Assembly: GCA_965224085.1 (NCBI GenBank)
Contig: CBDCYI010000004.1
Location: 480,001 to 544,000, forward strand
From: Candidatus Marinacidobacterales bacterium
Lineage (GTDB): Bacteria; Acidobacteriota; Vicinamibacteria; Marinacidobacterales; SMYC01
Length of the DNA stretch: 64,000 bases
Reading direction: 5' to 3'
A program made the position numbers and the translations under genes. How positions within the stretch are numbered: the stretch's first letter is position 1; every line of letters begins with the position of its first letter. Below the pieces are notes generated by a model, which was given only the letters and a program-made list of their open reading frames with translations, had not been told where the DNA came from and searched no databases. Below, one piece after another: positions 41,704 to 51,913 of this stretch.

Positions 41704-42264
41704 ATGGATGAATGGGCCTCGTGCTATGAAACCGGCGTGATGCTCGACGACGACCTGGAACAGGCGTTCGACGACGGGCTCGAAAACTCCTCCCATCTGG
41801 CCTTCCGGGTGGCTTACAGCGTGCTGCGGAATCGCGAGGATGCTGAGGAAGTAGCGCAGGAAGCCATGCTCAAGGCCCACCGCAAACTGCGATCACTCCG
41901 GCACCCGGATCGACTCCGTGCTTGGTTGGTGCGGATCGCCTGGCGCGTCGCCATCGATCGAAAGCGTTCGGACCGCCGCCGACAGCGACGCGAGCAAGCA
42001 GAGCCCGTCGCTGCCGAGGAGCCGAACCCGGAGGAGGTGGCCGCCCAGGTCGAGCTGCGCGCACACCTCTGGCAAGCCATCGACGAGCTGCCCGAGATCC
42101 ATCGAAAAACCTTGATTCTTGCGGCTATCGAAGGCCACGACTTGCAAACCGTCGCTCGGCTTCTGAACTTGCCACCGGGCACGGTGAAGTCACGACTTCA
42201 CAAGGCACGAAAGGGACTATTGGAGAAATTGAAATGGATTGCCGACGGATACAACCGGCGCTGA
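41704..42264 (+). CDS. ECF sigma factor (start may be 41737 or 41740)
   Basis: DAEEVAQEA, AWLVRIA, GTVKSRLHKAR. Confidence 0.9.
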   Translation: MDEWASCYETGVMLDDDLEQAFDDGLENSSHLAFRVAYSVLRNREDAEEVAQEAMLKAHRKLRSLRHPDRLRAWLVRIAWRVAIDRKRSDRRRQRREQAEPVAAEEPNPEEVAAQVELRAHLWQAIDELPEIHRKTLILAAIEGHDLQTVARLLNLPPGTVKSRLHKARKGLLEKLKWIADGYNRR

Positions 42265-42920
42265 TGGAAGCGGCGCTTCGCGACGGGCCGGATGCCAAGT
42301 TGGCCCGACATCTCGAGACTTGCGTGAGTTGCGCTGCGGAGCTCGACCGTGCTCGGACGAGCCTCTCGCTGCTCGAGCGGCAGCTCGAAGCGGAGCTCGC
42401 CGTCGAGGTCCCGCCTGAGCTTTCCGCTCGAGTCAGGCAAAAACTGGCCGAGGTCCCGCCGGGCCACGGAGTAAGCTTTGTTCGGGTGAGTGTCGCCGCA
42501 GGCTTGGCGCTCGCCATAGTTGTCGGCTTGGCCATGGTCGTGTCTCGATCCGGCGTACCCGTTCGGACCCCGGAAGTCACGTCGGCGCAAGTGGAGCGAC
42601 CGCCGGCGCCCGTCCCTCGCCCAGCAGAGAGAGAGCCTTCCGTCTCGCTACCGATTCCTCCCAGGGCGTCTTCACCGGCGCCGCCCGCCTCGACGAACGA
42701 GCCCAGGGTTCTCGTCCCGGAAGGACAGGAGGCTGCCATCCTCCTCTTTCACCAGAGATCCAAGGACGGGAAGCTGGTTCTCCCACTGAAGCGGAGTCCC
42801 GGGCCCCTCGCCGAGTTGCGCAGACTGCAAATTACGCCCCTTGAATCGACCCCACTCGAGGTGGAGCCGATCGAGATTTCCCCTCTTTCCGAGAACGTCG
42901 AACGTCTCGGCCACCGGTAA
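42234..42920 (+). CDS. Zinc-binding anti-sigma factor with TM helix and Pro-rich tail
   Basis: HLETCVSC (HxxxCxxC), one TM; overlaps the sigma gene. Confidence 0.8.
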   Translation: MDCRRIQPALMEAALRDGPDAKLARHLETCVSCAAELDRARTSLSLLERQLEAELAVEVPPELSARVRQKLAEVPPGHGVSFVRVSVAAGLALAIVVGLAMVVSRSGVPVRTPEVTSAQVERPPAPVPRPAEREPSVSLPIPPRASSPAPPASTNEPRVLVPEGQEAAILLFHQRSKDGKLVLPLKRSPGPLAELRRLQITPLESTPLEVEPIEISPLSENVERLGHR

Positions 42921-42931
42921 AGGAGATAGTA

Positions 42932-43435
42932 ATGCACACGTTAACGAAGGTACTGACCATCCTGTCGATTCTGTTAATGAGCCTTGCCGCCGCGTCGGGA
43001 TCTGCATGGACACCGTTGAGGGTGGAGCTGGTCTTCTCAAACTACGATGGTGAAAAGCTGACGTCGCGACTTCCCTACACCTTCGTGGTCAACGGCGCGA
43101 AAGAGCCGCGCTCGACGGAACTTCGTATGGGCATCGAAGTGCCCGTGACCGTGGCCGAAGGGGCCCAGCAATATCGCAATGTGGGAACGAATGTCGATTG
43201 TAGAGCTCACGACTTGGGCGATGGAAGTTTTCGGTTAGAGCTCTCCGTCGAGCAGTCCTCGATTTATCCGGCCGCCCCATCCGGAGGCGATGGCAACCCC
43301 CTCTTCCGCACTTTCAATTCCAACCTCATCGTCGTCCTCGCGGACGGCGAGTCGATGGAGGTCACCTCGGCCACCGATATGGTCAGCGGCGAGGTCTCGA
43401 AGGTAAGCGTCTCCTTGGAGGTCCTGAAAAACTAG
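42932..43435 (+). CDS. Secreted beta-rich hypothetical protein
   Basis: Signal peptide, RBS AAGGAG, QYRNVGTNVDC. Confidence 0.75.
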   Translation: MHTLTKVLTILSILLMSLAAASGSAWTPLRVELVFSNYDGEKLTSRLPYTFVVNGAKEPRSTELRMGIEVPVTVAEGAQQYRNVGTNVDCRAHDLGDGSFRLELSVEQSSIYPAAPSGGDGNPLFRTFNSNLIVVLADGESMEVTSATDMVSGEVSKVSVSLEVLKN

Positions 43436-43449
43436 CTCTGTGCCTAGCG

Positions 43450-44060
43450 TTACTTGGCTAGGGGATCGGGGCGCACTTGGAAGTGAACGACGATGGGCTT
43501 GCTGCCTTTGCCGGTCTCTTTCAACCAAGGCGTGCGATCCCCTTCCGGTACCCAAATCCCGCGGCCTTTCCAGCCCGCGTCGGGATCATCGATGCGGCCT
43601 TCGAGTCCCTTGGTATAGAAGCCAAGCGGATAAGGGACTCGCAGCGTGACGAAATCGCCGTTCACTAGAGCGTGTACACCGTCGAACAAGTTGCCGGTGG
43701 CGATAGGAATATTTGTGCCCAGCCCCAGCGAGTCGTGCTGGTCCACCCAAGTGTAGTAGCTGGATTACTGAATCCAGGCTCTTCCGGAAAGGCCGGTCCT
43801 GGCAAGTCGTGGAGGGTCCAGCCTTCGGGACAGTGATCGCCCGTCGCTTCAGGACCGTTCAAGGGCCCTTTGCATTTGCTGCGATCGAACTCTCCCAGGT
43901 GGCCACTGCCGAGAGACGCCCAGACGACGACGCGCATATCAATATCAGCACCGCGTACACCGAAACCACGCAGCGGAGGATTGTAGGTCTCCGCCAACCC
44001 AGTCTCCGGATCGTACCGCGTGATGGAGCCGGGAAAAAGCGAATGAATTGGAGCCCCATA
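43450..44060 (-). pseudogene. C-terminal remnant of a large secreted beta-propeller protein
   Basis: SGHLGEFDRSKCKGPLNGP, YYTWVDQH, RVPYPLGFY, VHFQVRPDPLA over two frames; no N-terminus. Confidence 0.7.
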
Positions 44061-44169
44061 CGGATCCGTCCACGGGATTCGGCATCACCGCATAGAACCC
44101 CTTGGAGACCACTCCACTCTTCGATCAACCGACGAATATCGTTACCCGAATCTCTCACTCAATGGTCGG

Positions 44170-44933
44170 CATCTGACTATGACCATTCGTGGGGTTAGCG
44201 GCATGGACGTCTGGGTTTATGAGCTCGATCGTGGCACGCGTTCCCGCCTCCCGGCCGACGGAGACGCCCTATTCCCCGTATGGCACCCGGATGGCGAGCG
44301 CGTCACGTTCGCTACGACCGCTGGCACTATCTTCGTTACCGCCGCCGATGCGAGCGCGGGCTAGAGAGCGTTGATCTCGATGGCCGGGGGAATGCACCGA
44401 ACTGGTCTCCCGACGGCCACACCCTCGTTTTTTTCGCAAGAAATGCCATCGGAAACTGGGACATCAAGGCACGGCGCGATGGGATCGTAACACCGGTGGT
44501 GGCGGGACCGTTCAACGAGACCGCTCCGCGGTTCTCCCCCGACGGTCGTTGGCTGGCCTATATATCCGACGAGTCGGGACGACTCGAGATTTACGCCCAG
44601 GCTTTTCCCGGTCCCGGCGAAAAGCGGACGCTTTCGAGTGAGGGCGGCAAGCAGCCCGTCTGGTCACACGACGGGAGGGAGATTTTCTATCGAGATGGCG
44701 ATCGAATAATGGTCGTCCCGCTTCAGATCGAGCCGGCTTTTCGTCCGGGAACGCCGCGGATGCTTTTTGCAGCGCGCTCCTTCGCGTCCACTCCGGGCGG
44801 TTATCCCAATTACGACGTTTCGCTGGATGGCACTCGCTTCATCATGATCGAAACGGACGCGACCGAGCGAAACGAGATCCACGTCGTGCTGAATTGGTCT
44901 GAAGAGCTGAAACGGCTCGCTCCACCCGACTGA
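44170..44933 (+). pseudogene. PD40/TolB-like C-terminal part of a kinase-type protein
   Basis: PVWHPDG, PNWSPDG, PRFSPDGRWLAY, NYDVSLDG, IHVVLNWSEELK; frame break near 44360. Confidence 0.75.
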
Positions 44934-44954
44934 CTAGTCTCTGGGAGTCGCCGA

Positions 44955-46772
44955 CTAAACCGTCATTCGCCGGTGGTACGTCCACCACTCGATGAGGATG
45001 AGCACGAGTGCGATGAGGATCAAGACGAGCCAGAGCTCGCCGCCGCCAACCGAGCCTGTGAGGTAGTCGACGAGACCGGCGTCGGTGCTCTCGCCCGCGA
45101 ACGCGGATGCGTTTACAGCCGAGACTTTGGGGCTCAAGAGGTTCGCCGACACCACCAGCTCGCCATCCGCGGTACGCACGGAGTACAGCCCCGGCGCTTC
45201 GGGATTGAATGCGGTGATGTCTCCGAGCGAGCGCGTCGCAACTTCATTGCCGCGTCCGTCGGTCACCGACGCCACGCGCGCCGGCACGGTGAAACGCCCG
45301 AGCGCCGCGGGCACGACATCCGTGCTCGTCAGCCAAGTCACGGCGTTGGCGAGAAAAATGGGAAAGCTCGCTTGGAGCGGGAAGCTCGAATCGGCGATAT
45401 CGAACGTGAGCTCGGCCCAACGCAAAGGATTCTCGCCAACGATGAGTACCGGCTCGGCCGAAGTTCCGGCGACGACTTCGTGCTCTCCCGGGTCGACGCG
45501 GGCCGCGCGCTCCACCACGACGTCCGCTAGCGACACGTGGCTCAGAATGGGATGATCGCTCGTCACACCCATCAGCGAAAAATCGCTCAGGTCCTCGCCA
45601 GCGGAAGCTGGCAGCCAGCCGCGCGCGGTCGGTCGAAACAAGAGGACCGGCGCCACGGGGCGCTCCTCGGGCGCGAAGCGATCGAAAACGTAAAGCCCGG
45701 GTAGGTCGTCATCGCCTTCAGGAACAGAGTAATCGTTGGGAGCCACGATCTCGAGAGCCACCCGCGGGTCGAGGTCCAATAGCGTCTCCAAGTAAGCATT
45801 TCCGCGCGTCACGAGCACCGTGTCGACGCGACGGGGCGCGGCGAGATAGGTATACGCAACATTATCTAGAGCGAAAGCATCGTCCGGTGCGTCGATGAGC
45901 ACTCGAATCGGGCCCGAGAGGAAGTTATCCACGTCAACGGGCTCGCCGAGCACTTGCCCGGGGGCGAGGGTAACCGCGCGCTGCACCGAAGCGCCTCCGG
46001 CCCCGTCGATTTGCATGGCGACGCGCTTCGACTCCGTGCTGTGATTCGAAAGCTCGAGAAAACCTTCGTAGCGCGTTGGCTCGGCAGGAACGGGCCGGAG
46101 AGCGAATGCGGTAATGCCCACGTTGTCGGACGGTTCGAACACCGAAATGGTCTGGACCGAGTCGGGAATGTCTCGAACCAGAACGCCGTCACCGATGAAG
46201 TAAACCTCCGCTTCGGCGTCCTCCTGATCGGTTGAGCCTATTGAAAAAGCGAAACCCTCTGGAAACTGACCCCGGTCTTCGAGACACGGCTCGAGCCCAT
46301 CGAGAAGCTCCAGCGCGCGGTGGCGACTGGCGAAACCGGTCGCCGGCACTTGCCCGCAAGCGTCGGTCACCATGAATTCGCTCGACGGGCTCCCTTCGTT
46401 CAGGAGGTCGTGGGCATGCGCAAGCGCGAGCTCCCACCGCGTGTCACCGGAAGACGTCGTCGCCATCATCGTTGGCGAGTTGTCGAGAATGACCGCGATG
46501 CGTCGGGCGCGCCCCGAGAGCGCTTCGATGACAGGCTTGCCCAGCGCGGCCGCGACGGCGAGGCCGATGGCGAGAGCCACGAGGAGCGATACGAGCCACC
46601 GCCAGAAATCGGAGCGCCTCTTCCGCTCTTGCATCACGCGCACCCAAATAAAGGTGGACGGTACGCTCACGCGCTGCGGCGGCGGCTTCAGCCAGTAGAG
46701 AAAGATCACGACCCCGATCGTGGCCGCGGCCAACAGAAACATTTGAAAAAACGTCAGCGCGACGAAGCTCAT
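44955..46772 (-). CDS. BatA/VWA domain membrane protein
   Basis: LYWLKPP...VPSTFIW BatA-type N-terminus, LDNSPTM, DNVGIT, LIEWW. Confidence 0.85.
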   Translation of the reverse strand: MSFVALTFFQMFLLAAATIGVVIFLYWLKPPPQRVSVPSTFIWVRVMQERKRRSDFWRWLVSLLVALAIGLAVAAALGKPVIEALSGRARRIAVILDNSPTMMATTSSGDTRWELALAHAHDLLNEGSPSSEFMVTDACGQVPATGFASRHRALELLDGLEPCLEDRGQFPEGFAFSIGSTDQEDAEAEVYFIGDGVLVRDIPDSVQTISVFEPSDNVGITAFALRPVPAEPTRYEGFLELSNHSTESKRVAMQIDGAGGASVQRAVTLAPGQVLGEPVDVDNFLSGPIRVLIDAPDDAFALDNVAYTYLAAPRRVDTVLVTRGNAYLETLLDLDPRVALEIVAPNDYSVPEGDDDLPGLYVFDRFAPEERPVAPVLLFRPTARGWLPASAGEDLSDFSLMGVTSDHPILSHVSLADVVVERAARVDPGEHEVVAGTSAEPVLIVGENPLRWAELTFDIADSSFPLQASFPIFLANAVTWLTSTDVVPAALGRFTVPARVASVTDGRGNEVATRSLGDITAFNPEAPGLYSVRTADGELVVSANLLSPKVSAVNASAFAGESTDAGLVDYLTGSVGGGELWLVLILIALVLILIEWWTYHRRMTV

Positions 46773-46779
46773 GGGGACG

Positions 46780-47667
46780 TCAGCGTATGAAACGGTCCTG
46801 TTTGAAGATTTGCATGATCAAGTCTTCGAAGGGTATCGGTGTCTGTGTCTGCACGTAGCCCCAGCCGTAACGGGAGCAATAAGACTCGATGCCCGTCTTG
46901 AGCTTGTCCATCTCCGCTTCGTAGGCCGCGATGAGCGTCGGCGACATTCTGAGTCTCTGCGACGTTCCATTCTCGGAGTCGACGAGCATCGCTTCGTCCG
47001 GCAATTGCGGTTTGAGCTCCTCGGGCGTAAGGATGTGCACGTTGAAAACGTCGTGGCGGAACATGCGAAGGAAGTCGAAGGCGGGCTCGTAGCCTTCCGG
47101 ATCCATGAAGTCCGACGCGATCACGACGAGGCCGCGCCGTCGCTTCGTGCTAAAAAAAGTCTTGAAAGCGCGCTCGAGAGACGTCTCCCCCGTCATCTCC
47201 ATACGATCGAGAAATCGGAAAATGCGCCAGATTTGATTGCGACCGCGCTTTGCGGCGATCTGCTCGGAGACACCGTTTGAAAAACCAACAACGCTGACGC
47301 GGTCGAGGTTCAAAAGCCCGATATAGCCGAGCGCCGCTGCGACTTTGCGGGCATAGTCGAACTTGGTCGGGTCGCCGAAGGCCATGGAGTTGCTGGCATC
47401 GACGAAGAAGTAGATCGGCAAATCCGCCTCTTCGTCAAAGATGCGCAGAATGAGCTTGTCGAGCCGGAGATAAGCTTTCCAGTCGACATCTTTGGTGTCG
47501 TCGCCGCTGACATAAGGCCGGTAATCCGCGAACTCGACGCCCGTGCCCTTCTTTCGAACCCGGTGCTCGCCGCGCAAGTGTCCTGGAACCATACGATTGG
47601 CGACGAGCTTGAGGTATTCGAGCTTCCGCAGAAACTCCTCGTCAAAAAGCGTGCTGACTTCACTCAT
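46780..47667 (-). CDS. DUF58 family protein
   Basis: GVEFADYRPYVSGDD, DWKAY, VDASNSM, ASDF. Confidence 0.9.
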   Translation of the reverse strand: MSEVSTLFDEEFLRKLEYLKLVANRMVPGHLRGEHRVRKKGTGVEFADYRPYVSGDDTKDVDWKAYLRLDKLILRIFDEEADLPIYFFVDASNSMAFGDPTKFDYARKVAAALGYIGLLNLDRVSVVGFSNGVSEQIAAKRGRNQIWRIFRFLDRMEMTGETSLERAFKTFFSTKRRRGLVVIASDFMDPEGYEPAFDFLRMFRHDVFNVHILTPEELKPQLPDEAMLVDSENGTSQRLRMSPTLIAAYEAEMDKLKTGIESYCSRYGWGYVQTQTPIPFEDLIMQIFKQDRFIR

Positions 47668-47957
47668 GTTGCGCAGCACGCATTATAGCTATAAATATTC
47701 TGCGGAACACCCGCGTCACAGCGTGGGATGACGGTTGTGGTGGTCGGTGGCGTCTTGGTAGGTTTTGGCTAGGCCAACATTTCGGCCTCGACATACAGCT
47801 TTCCTACGACATTTATCGCGGTGACCTCGTAAGCGACTCCGCCCGGACCCAAGTTGGACAGCCGCGCGCTTCCTTGTTCTCCCGCGACGGCGCGGACGAG
47901 TAGCTCGAATGGCTCAAACTTAATCTCATGATAACGGCATCGTGACGGCTCACGTTC

Positions 47958-47986
47958 TTGACGTTTTCCGATGTGCGTATTACAAT
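47958..47986 (+). promoter_or_regulatory. Sigma70 promoter for a probably leaderless TA transcript
   Basis: TTGACG -17 nt- TACAAT; GTG start 7 nt after the -10 box with no RBS. Confidence 0.6.
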
Positions 47987-47993
47987 GTCTTAC

Positions 47994-48212
47994 GTGAGTA
48001 CCACCATTACCATTCGCCTCCCCGACGACCTTCGCGCGGAGCTCGAGTCCATTTGTGACACTCAAGGTAGGCCGATGAGCGATCTCGTGCGCGAGTCGCT
48101 CCGACGCTACGTTGCCGTCCAACAATTTCGTCGGCTTCGTGGGAAAGCGCTTCCGATCGCAGAGTCACAAGGTTGGCTCACCGACGAGGATGTCTTCGAC
48201 GCATTGTCGTGA
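47994..48212 (+). CDS. Ribbon-helix-helix (CopG-like) antitoxin
   Basis: TITIRLPDDL...SDLVRESLRRY...LTDEDVF. Confidence 0.85.
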   Translation: MSTTITIRLPDDLRAELESICDTQGRPMSDLVRESLRRYVAVQQFRRLRGKALPIAESQGWLTDEDVFDALS

Positions 48213-48616
48213 AGTTGGTGGTGGACGCCAACGTCCTGATCGCCGCGTTCGCCGCGCACAGCCTCTGCGAGACGCTGTTGGAGTTCTGCCTCGAGAACCA
48301 CGAAATCGTAACCAGCTCAGAATTGTTGGATGAAGTTCGTGACAAGCTCGTCAGCAAGATCAAGCTGCCCGAAGAAACAGCAACCGCAATCCGCGACTTT
48401 CTCGCAACGCACTCGACGGTCGTAGAACCCGCCGAAGTTCCTCCGGACGCCTGCACGGACAAGAATGACTTGTTTGTGCTCGGGACCGCGGCCGCGGGAG
48501 CCGTCGCGCTTCTCATCACGGGAGATAAAGCTCTCCTATCCGTTGAGGAGTATGCGGAAATCCCGATCGTGAGCCCGCGCCGCTTTTGGGAAATCTCGAC
48601 GAGGACTCAATCGTAG
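48209..48616 (+). CDS. PIN-family toxin
   Basis: VVDANVLIAA, CTDKND, ITGDKALL; GTGA overlap with the antitoxin. Confidence 0.88.
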   Translation: MKLVVDANVLIAAFAAHSLCETLLEFCLENHEIVTSSELLDEVRDKLVSKIKLPEETATAIRDFLATHSTVVEPAEVPPDACTDKNDLFVLGTAAAGAVALLITGDKALLSVEEYAEIPIVSPRRFWEISTRTQS

Positions 48617-48841
48617 GTGTCTGAGCGTCACTGAACGCTCGGCTTCCTTTCTGGGTCGCGAGCAGCGCCATAGATGCTGGTCGTCTTGGTAGGAGCTTGT
48701 TATTCGGCCGCCTCGGGCTTGCGGATCACTCCGGTGACGCCGCGTCGAGTGGGATATGGATGGCGCCGTTCGAGACCTCGACCACTCAAGCCATGGCTGC
48801 GGCGTGCTCAGCCTGGCACGCCCGCGTGGCGGAGAGCAGCT

Positions 48842-48970
48842 TTAGAAAAAGGCCTGCATCGTCTCGTGAGGGCCCTCGCAGTTGATGAGATCGACACGCT
48901 TCATTTCGATTTTGTAGCTTCCGCCCGCCAGCTTCAGCTCGTGGATATAGAACCGCCGTAAAGTTGCTGT
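48842..48970 (-). pseudogene. C-terminal fragment of an aromatic-ring-hydroxylating dioxygenase beta subunit
   Basis: YIHELKL...YKIEMKRVDLINCEGPH. Confidence 0.5.
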
Positions 48971-49019
48971 TCGCGATATTGGAGCTCGAGCATTTGAACG
49001 GTCGAGTGCACCCAGCAGT

Positions 49020-49130
49020 CTCCACATGATCATCCTCGGCGAGCATCGCGTGAGGCGCATCCTGCGCGAATACGTGGACGACTATCACTCGTGCCGGACT
49101 CACTTGTCGCTCGAGAAGTACGCTCCGGAT
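49020..49130 (+). mobile_element. Integrase-core (rve) transposase remnant
   Basis: IILGEHRVRRILREYVDDYHSCRTHLSLEK. Confidence 0.65.
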
Positions 49131-49346
49131 ATATACTCTATGCGTCGTGTGCCCGTGAAGCCCTCGCAGCAAAGAAGAAACTACACGAGAGTGAATATCC
49201 AGATGCCCGACGAGTCGTGCATGCGCTTCGCACGAGGACGTCGCACGTCGGCCTCGAGAGATAAGCAGCCCCCTCTGTGCCAAAGATTCGTGTTCGTGTT
49301 GAGCGTCGAAGCTCCGCTCCGGGACTACCTGTAAGGAGGAATTGTT

Positions 49347-50213
49347 GTGATAAAAACTTCTTTGGGCCATTCGATGGCCGCGTTCGTACTCGTGGCGATC
49401 GCTGTCTCCTGTGAGCAAGCTCCGCCGCCCGAACCGTCGACTCCCGCGGCCACGCCGTCGGCTACTGCCCGTCCCGTCCCCCCTGGACCGGCCGAGCTTC
49501 ACTGGAGCTACGAAGGGGATTCAGGACCGAGTGCTTGGAGCGAGCTCAACCCGGCGTTCTCCACCTGTGGCGATGGACGCAGCCAGTCGCCGATCGACAT
49601 AACCGAGGCGGCGTCGGAGAGTCTCCCGGAGCTGAGCGCGAGTTTCCGCCCGGCATCGCTCCGCATCGCGCACCATGAGCACATAGCCGACGCGATCAAC
49701 AACGGGCACACGATTCAAGTCAACTATTCGGAGGGCGATACCCTCTCCGTCGGAGAGCAGAGCTACGAGCTCCTCCAGTATCACTTCCACAGCCCGAGCG
49801 AGCACACACTCGAGGGCAATCATTTCCCGATGGAGATGCACATGGTGCATAAAGATCCCGACGGGTCGCTAGCCGTGATAGGCGTCTTCATCGAAGAAGG
49901 CACGCACAACCCCGCCTTCGACCCAATCTGGGCGAACCTTCCCAGTGAAAAGGGCGTCGAGTCACACTTCGAATCCATCACGGTCGACATCGACGAACTG
50001 CTTCCCGAGAGCCGGACGACCTACCGCTACGACGGCTCACTGACCACACCTCCCTGTTCGGAAAGTGTGAAGTGGTTCATTGCGACGGAGCCGATAGAGC
50101 TTTCCTCGGAGCAGATCAAAGCATTCACGGCGCTCATCACAGGCAACAACCGTCCGGTGCAGCCGCTCAACGATCGGACGGTGGTTACCGATCGCGTCGG
50201 CGGTGAGTCGTGA
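49347..50213 (+). CDS. Alpha-class carbonic anhydrase, putative lipoprotein
   Basis: HWSYEG, QSPIDI, NNGHTIQ, QYHFHSPSEH, EMHMVH, GSLTTPPCSE; lipobox-like AVSC. Confidence 0.93.
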   Translation: MIKTSLGHSMAAFVLVAIAVSCEQAPPPEPSTPAATPSATARPVPPGPAELHWSYEGDSGPSAWSELNPAFSTCGDGRSQSPIDITEAASESLPELSASFRPASLRIAHHEHIADAINNGHTIQVNYSEGDTLSVGEQSYELLQYHFHSPSEHTLEGNHFPMEMHMVHKDPDGSLAVIGVFIEEGTHNPAFDPIWANLPSEKGVESHFESITVDIDELLPESRTTYRYDGSLTTPPCSESVKWFIATEPIELSSEQIKAFTALITGNNRPVQPLNDRTVVTDRVGGES

Positions 50214-50324
50214 GAGGTACGACACGACTCAAGGAATTGACCAAAACCCTCACAGGAAGAAATGTCAGGGGCGAATGAGAAACGGAACGAAAGCGCGACG
50301 ATGAGAAGGCGCGCGGATTCGGTG

Positions 50325-51591
50325 ATGCGCGAGACGTGGTTGTTGTTGGCACTCATGGTCGCTTCGCTGACCGCCAATCCGATGGAATTGGCGGCAGTGC
50401 AGGCAGCGGAGTCAGCCGAGCAGCAGGGTCAAAAGCCGCACCACGAGGCCGACTCCGAGCGGGATACGGGCAAGCAAGACGAAGAGAAGAGCTCGGAGCA
50501 GGGCGTGCTCAAGCTGATCCAGATCGGCAAAAGCGTCACGCTTCAGCTCGGTGGGTTCGCCAAGGTCGACTACATTCAGGACTTCGATCCCATCGGCAAC
50601 GCAGACCAGTTCAAGGCGAACTCGATTCCGGTGGAGGGAGACACCGATGCCGGCCTCGGAGGAAGCACCAACATCTCGGCCAAGCAGACCCGGTTGAGTT
50701 TCGACGTGCGCGCTGACGAATCGGCGGGCGGGCTTCGAGCCTACGTCGAGGGTGATTTCTTCGGAAGCGGGACCGCCTTTCGCCTCCGTCATGGCTACGG
50801 GGAATGGAAGGGGCTGCTCGGCGGACAGACTTGGACGACATTTCAGGATATCTCCGCTCGACCATTCACGTTGGACTACGAGGGTCCGGACTCCGAGATT
50901 TTCGTGCGCCAGCCGATGATCCGCTTCACCGGTACACCTTCGGACAGGCTCGAGTGGTCGGTGGCGGTGGAGGATCGGGACAGTCAGGTCACGGTGCCGA
51001 CAGACGTGTCCGGGAGCGGTCGCAGCGAGTTTCCCGATATCCCGGGACGCATCCGGTTCAAATCGAAACGCGGTCACCTTCAGGTCGCAGGAATGGTGCG
51101 GCAGCTGCGTTTCGTGAGTGATGGAGGGACGACGGAAGCGACCGTGACGGGTTGGGGTGTCAACTTGTCCGGCAAGACCTCGGTGCTGAAGCGCGACGCG
51201 ATCATGGGGCACGTCGGTTTCGGCTCGGGCGTCGGTCGCTATATCGAAGCGTTTGGCGGCGAGAACTCGGATGCCGTGTTGACGCCGGACGGGGAGCTCA
51301 TAGCTCTCGACGCGTGGTCTTTCGTGCTGGGCTACACCCGCCACTGGAGTGAACGGTTCAACTCCACGCTCAGCGGTGGAATGGCGAAGCTAGACAACGA
51401 CCCGAGCCAACCTGGCGGCGCCATCAGATTCATCCGGTCGGCGCACGCGAATCTCGTCTACGCTTCCAGCCGCCTCCTCACCATCTGCGGCGATCGGCGG
51501 CGAACTGATGTGGGGACTACGTGAGAACCAAGACGATGCTCGGGGAGACGCTCTCAGGTTGCAGTTTTCGATCCAGTACAAGTTCCGGTAG
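50325..51591 (+). pseudogene. DcaP-family outer-membrane porin, frameshifted near the C-terminus
   Basis: QTRLSF, YVEGDFFG, FRLRHGY, GQTWTTF, RQPMIRF; final strands GGELMWG...RLQFSIQYKF lie in another frame after ~51490. Confidence 0.75.
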
Positions 51592-51613
51592 AGAGCAATG
51601 AAATTCTATTTCG

Positions 51614-51910
51614 CTAGTACCCGTCCTCGATCCGCGATCGCGGTACGCGCTCGAAGTGCCTGAGGTTGTGCGTTACGAGTGTGAGGCGGCGCGGCCAGCC
51701 CCGCAAGCTTCCTCCCAGCTTCGCAGACGTCCGATGCAGTCGGGATCGGCCGCCGAAGCGCTTTGTTTCAACCTTCGCAAACTGAGGCTCGCGTGGGCGA
51801 GTCGAAACAGAAGCATCAGTGAAACGAAGAGCCATAGTGTGAGGACGTGGGACGACCATCCCGCCGGAAGCGTGAACTCTTTGGTGGGGAGCGGCGCGAC
51901 GTTCATGGCC
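51614..51910 (-). pseudogene. Abutting fragments: BlaR1/M56-like membrane segment and a PIN-toxin C-terminus
   Basis: LWLFVSLMLLFRLAHASLSLRRLKQSA, then LTLVTHNLRHFERVP. Confidence 0.55.
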
Positions 51911-51913
51911 GAG

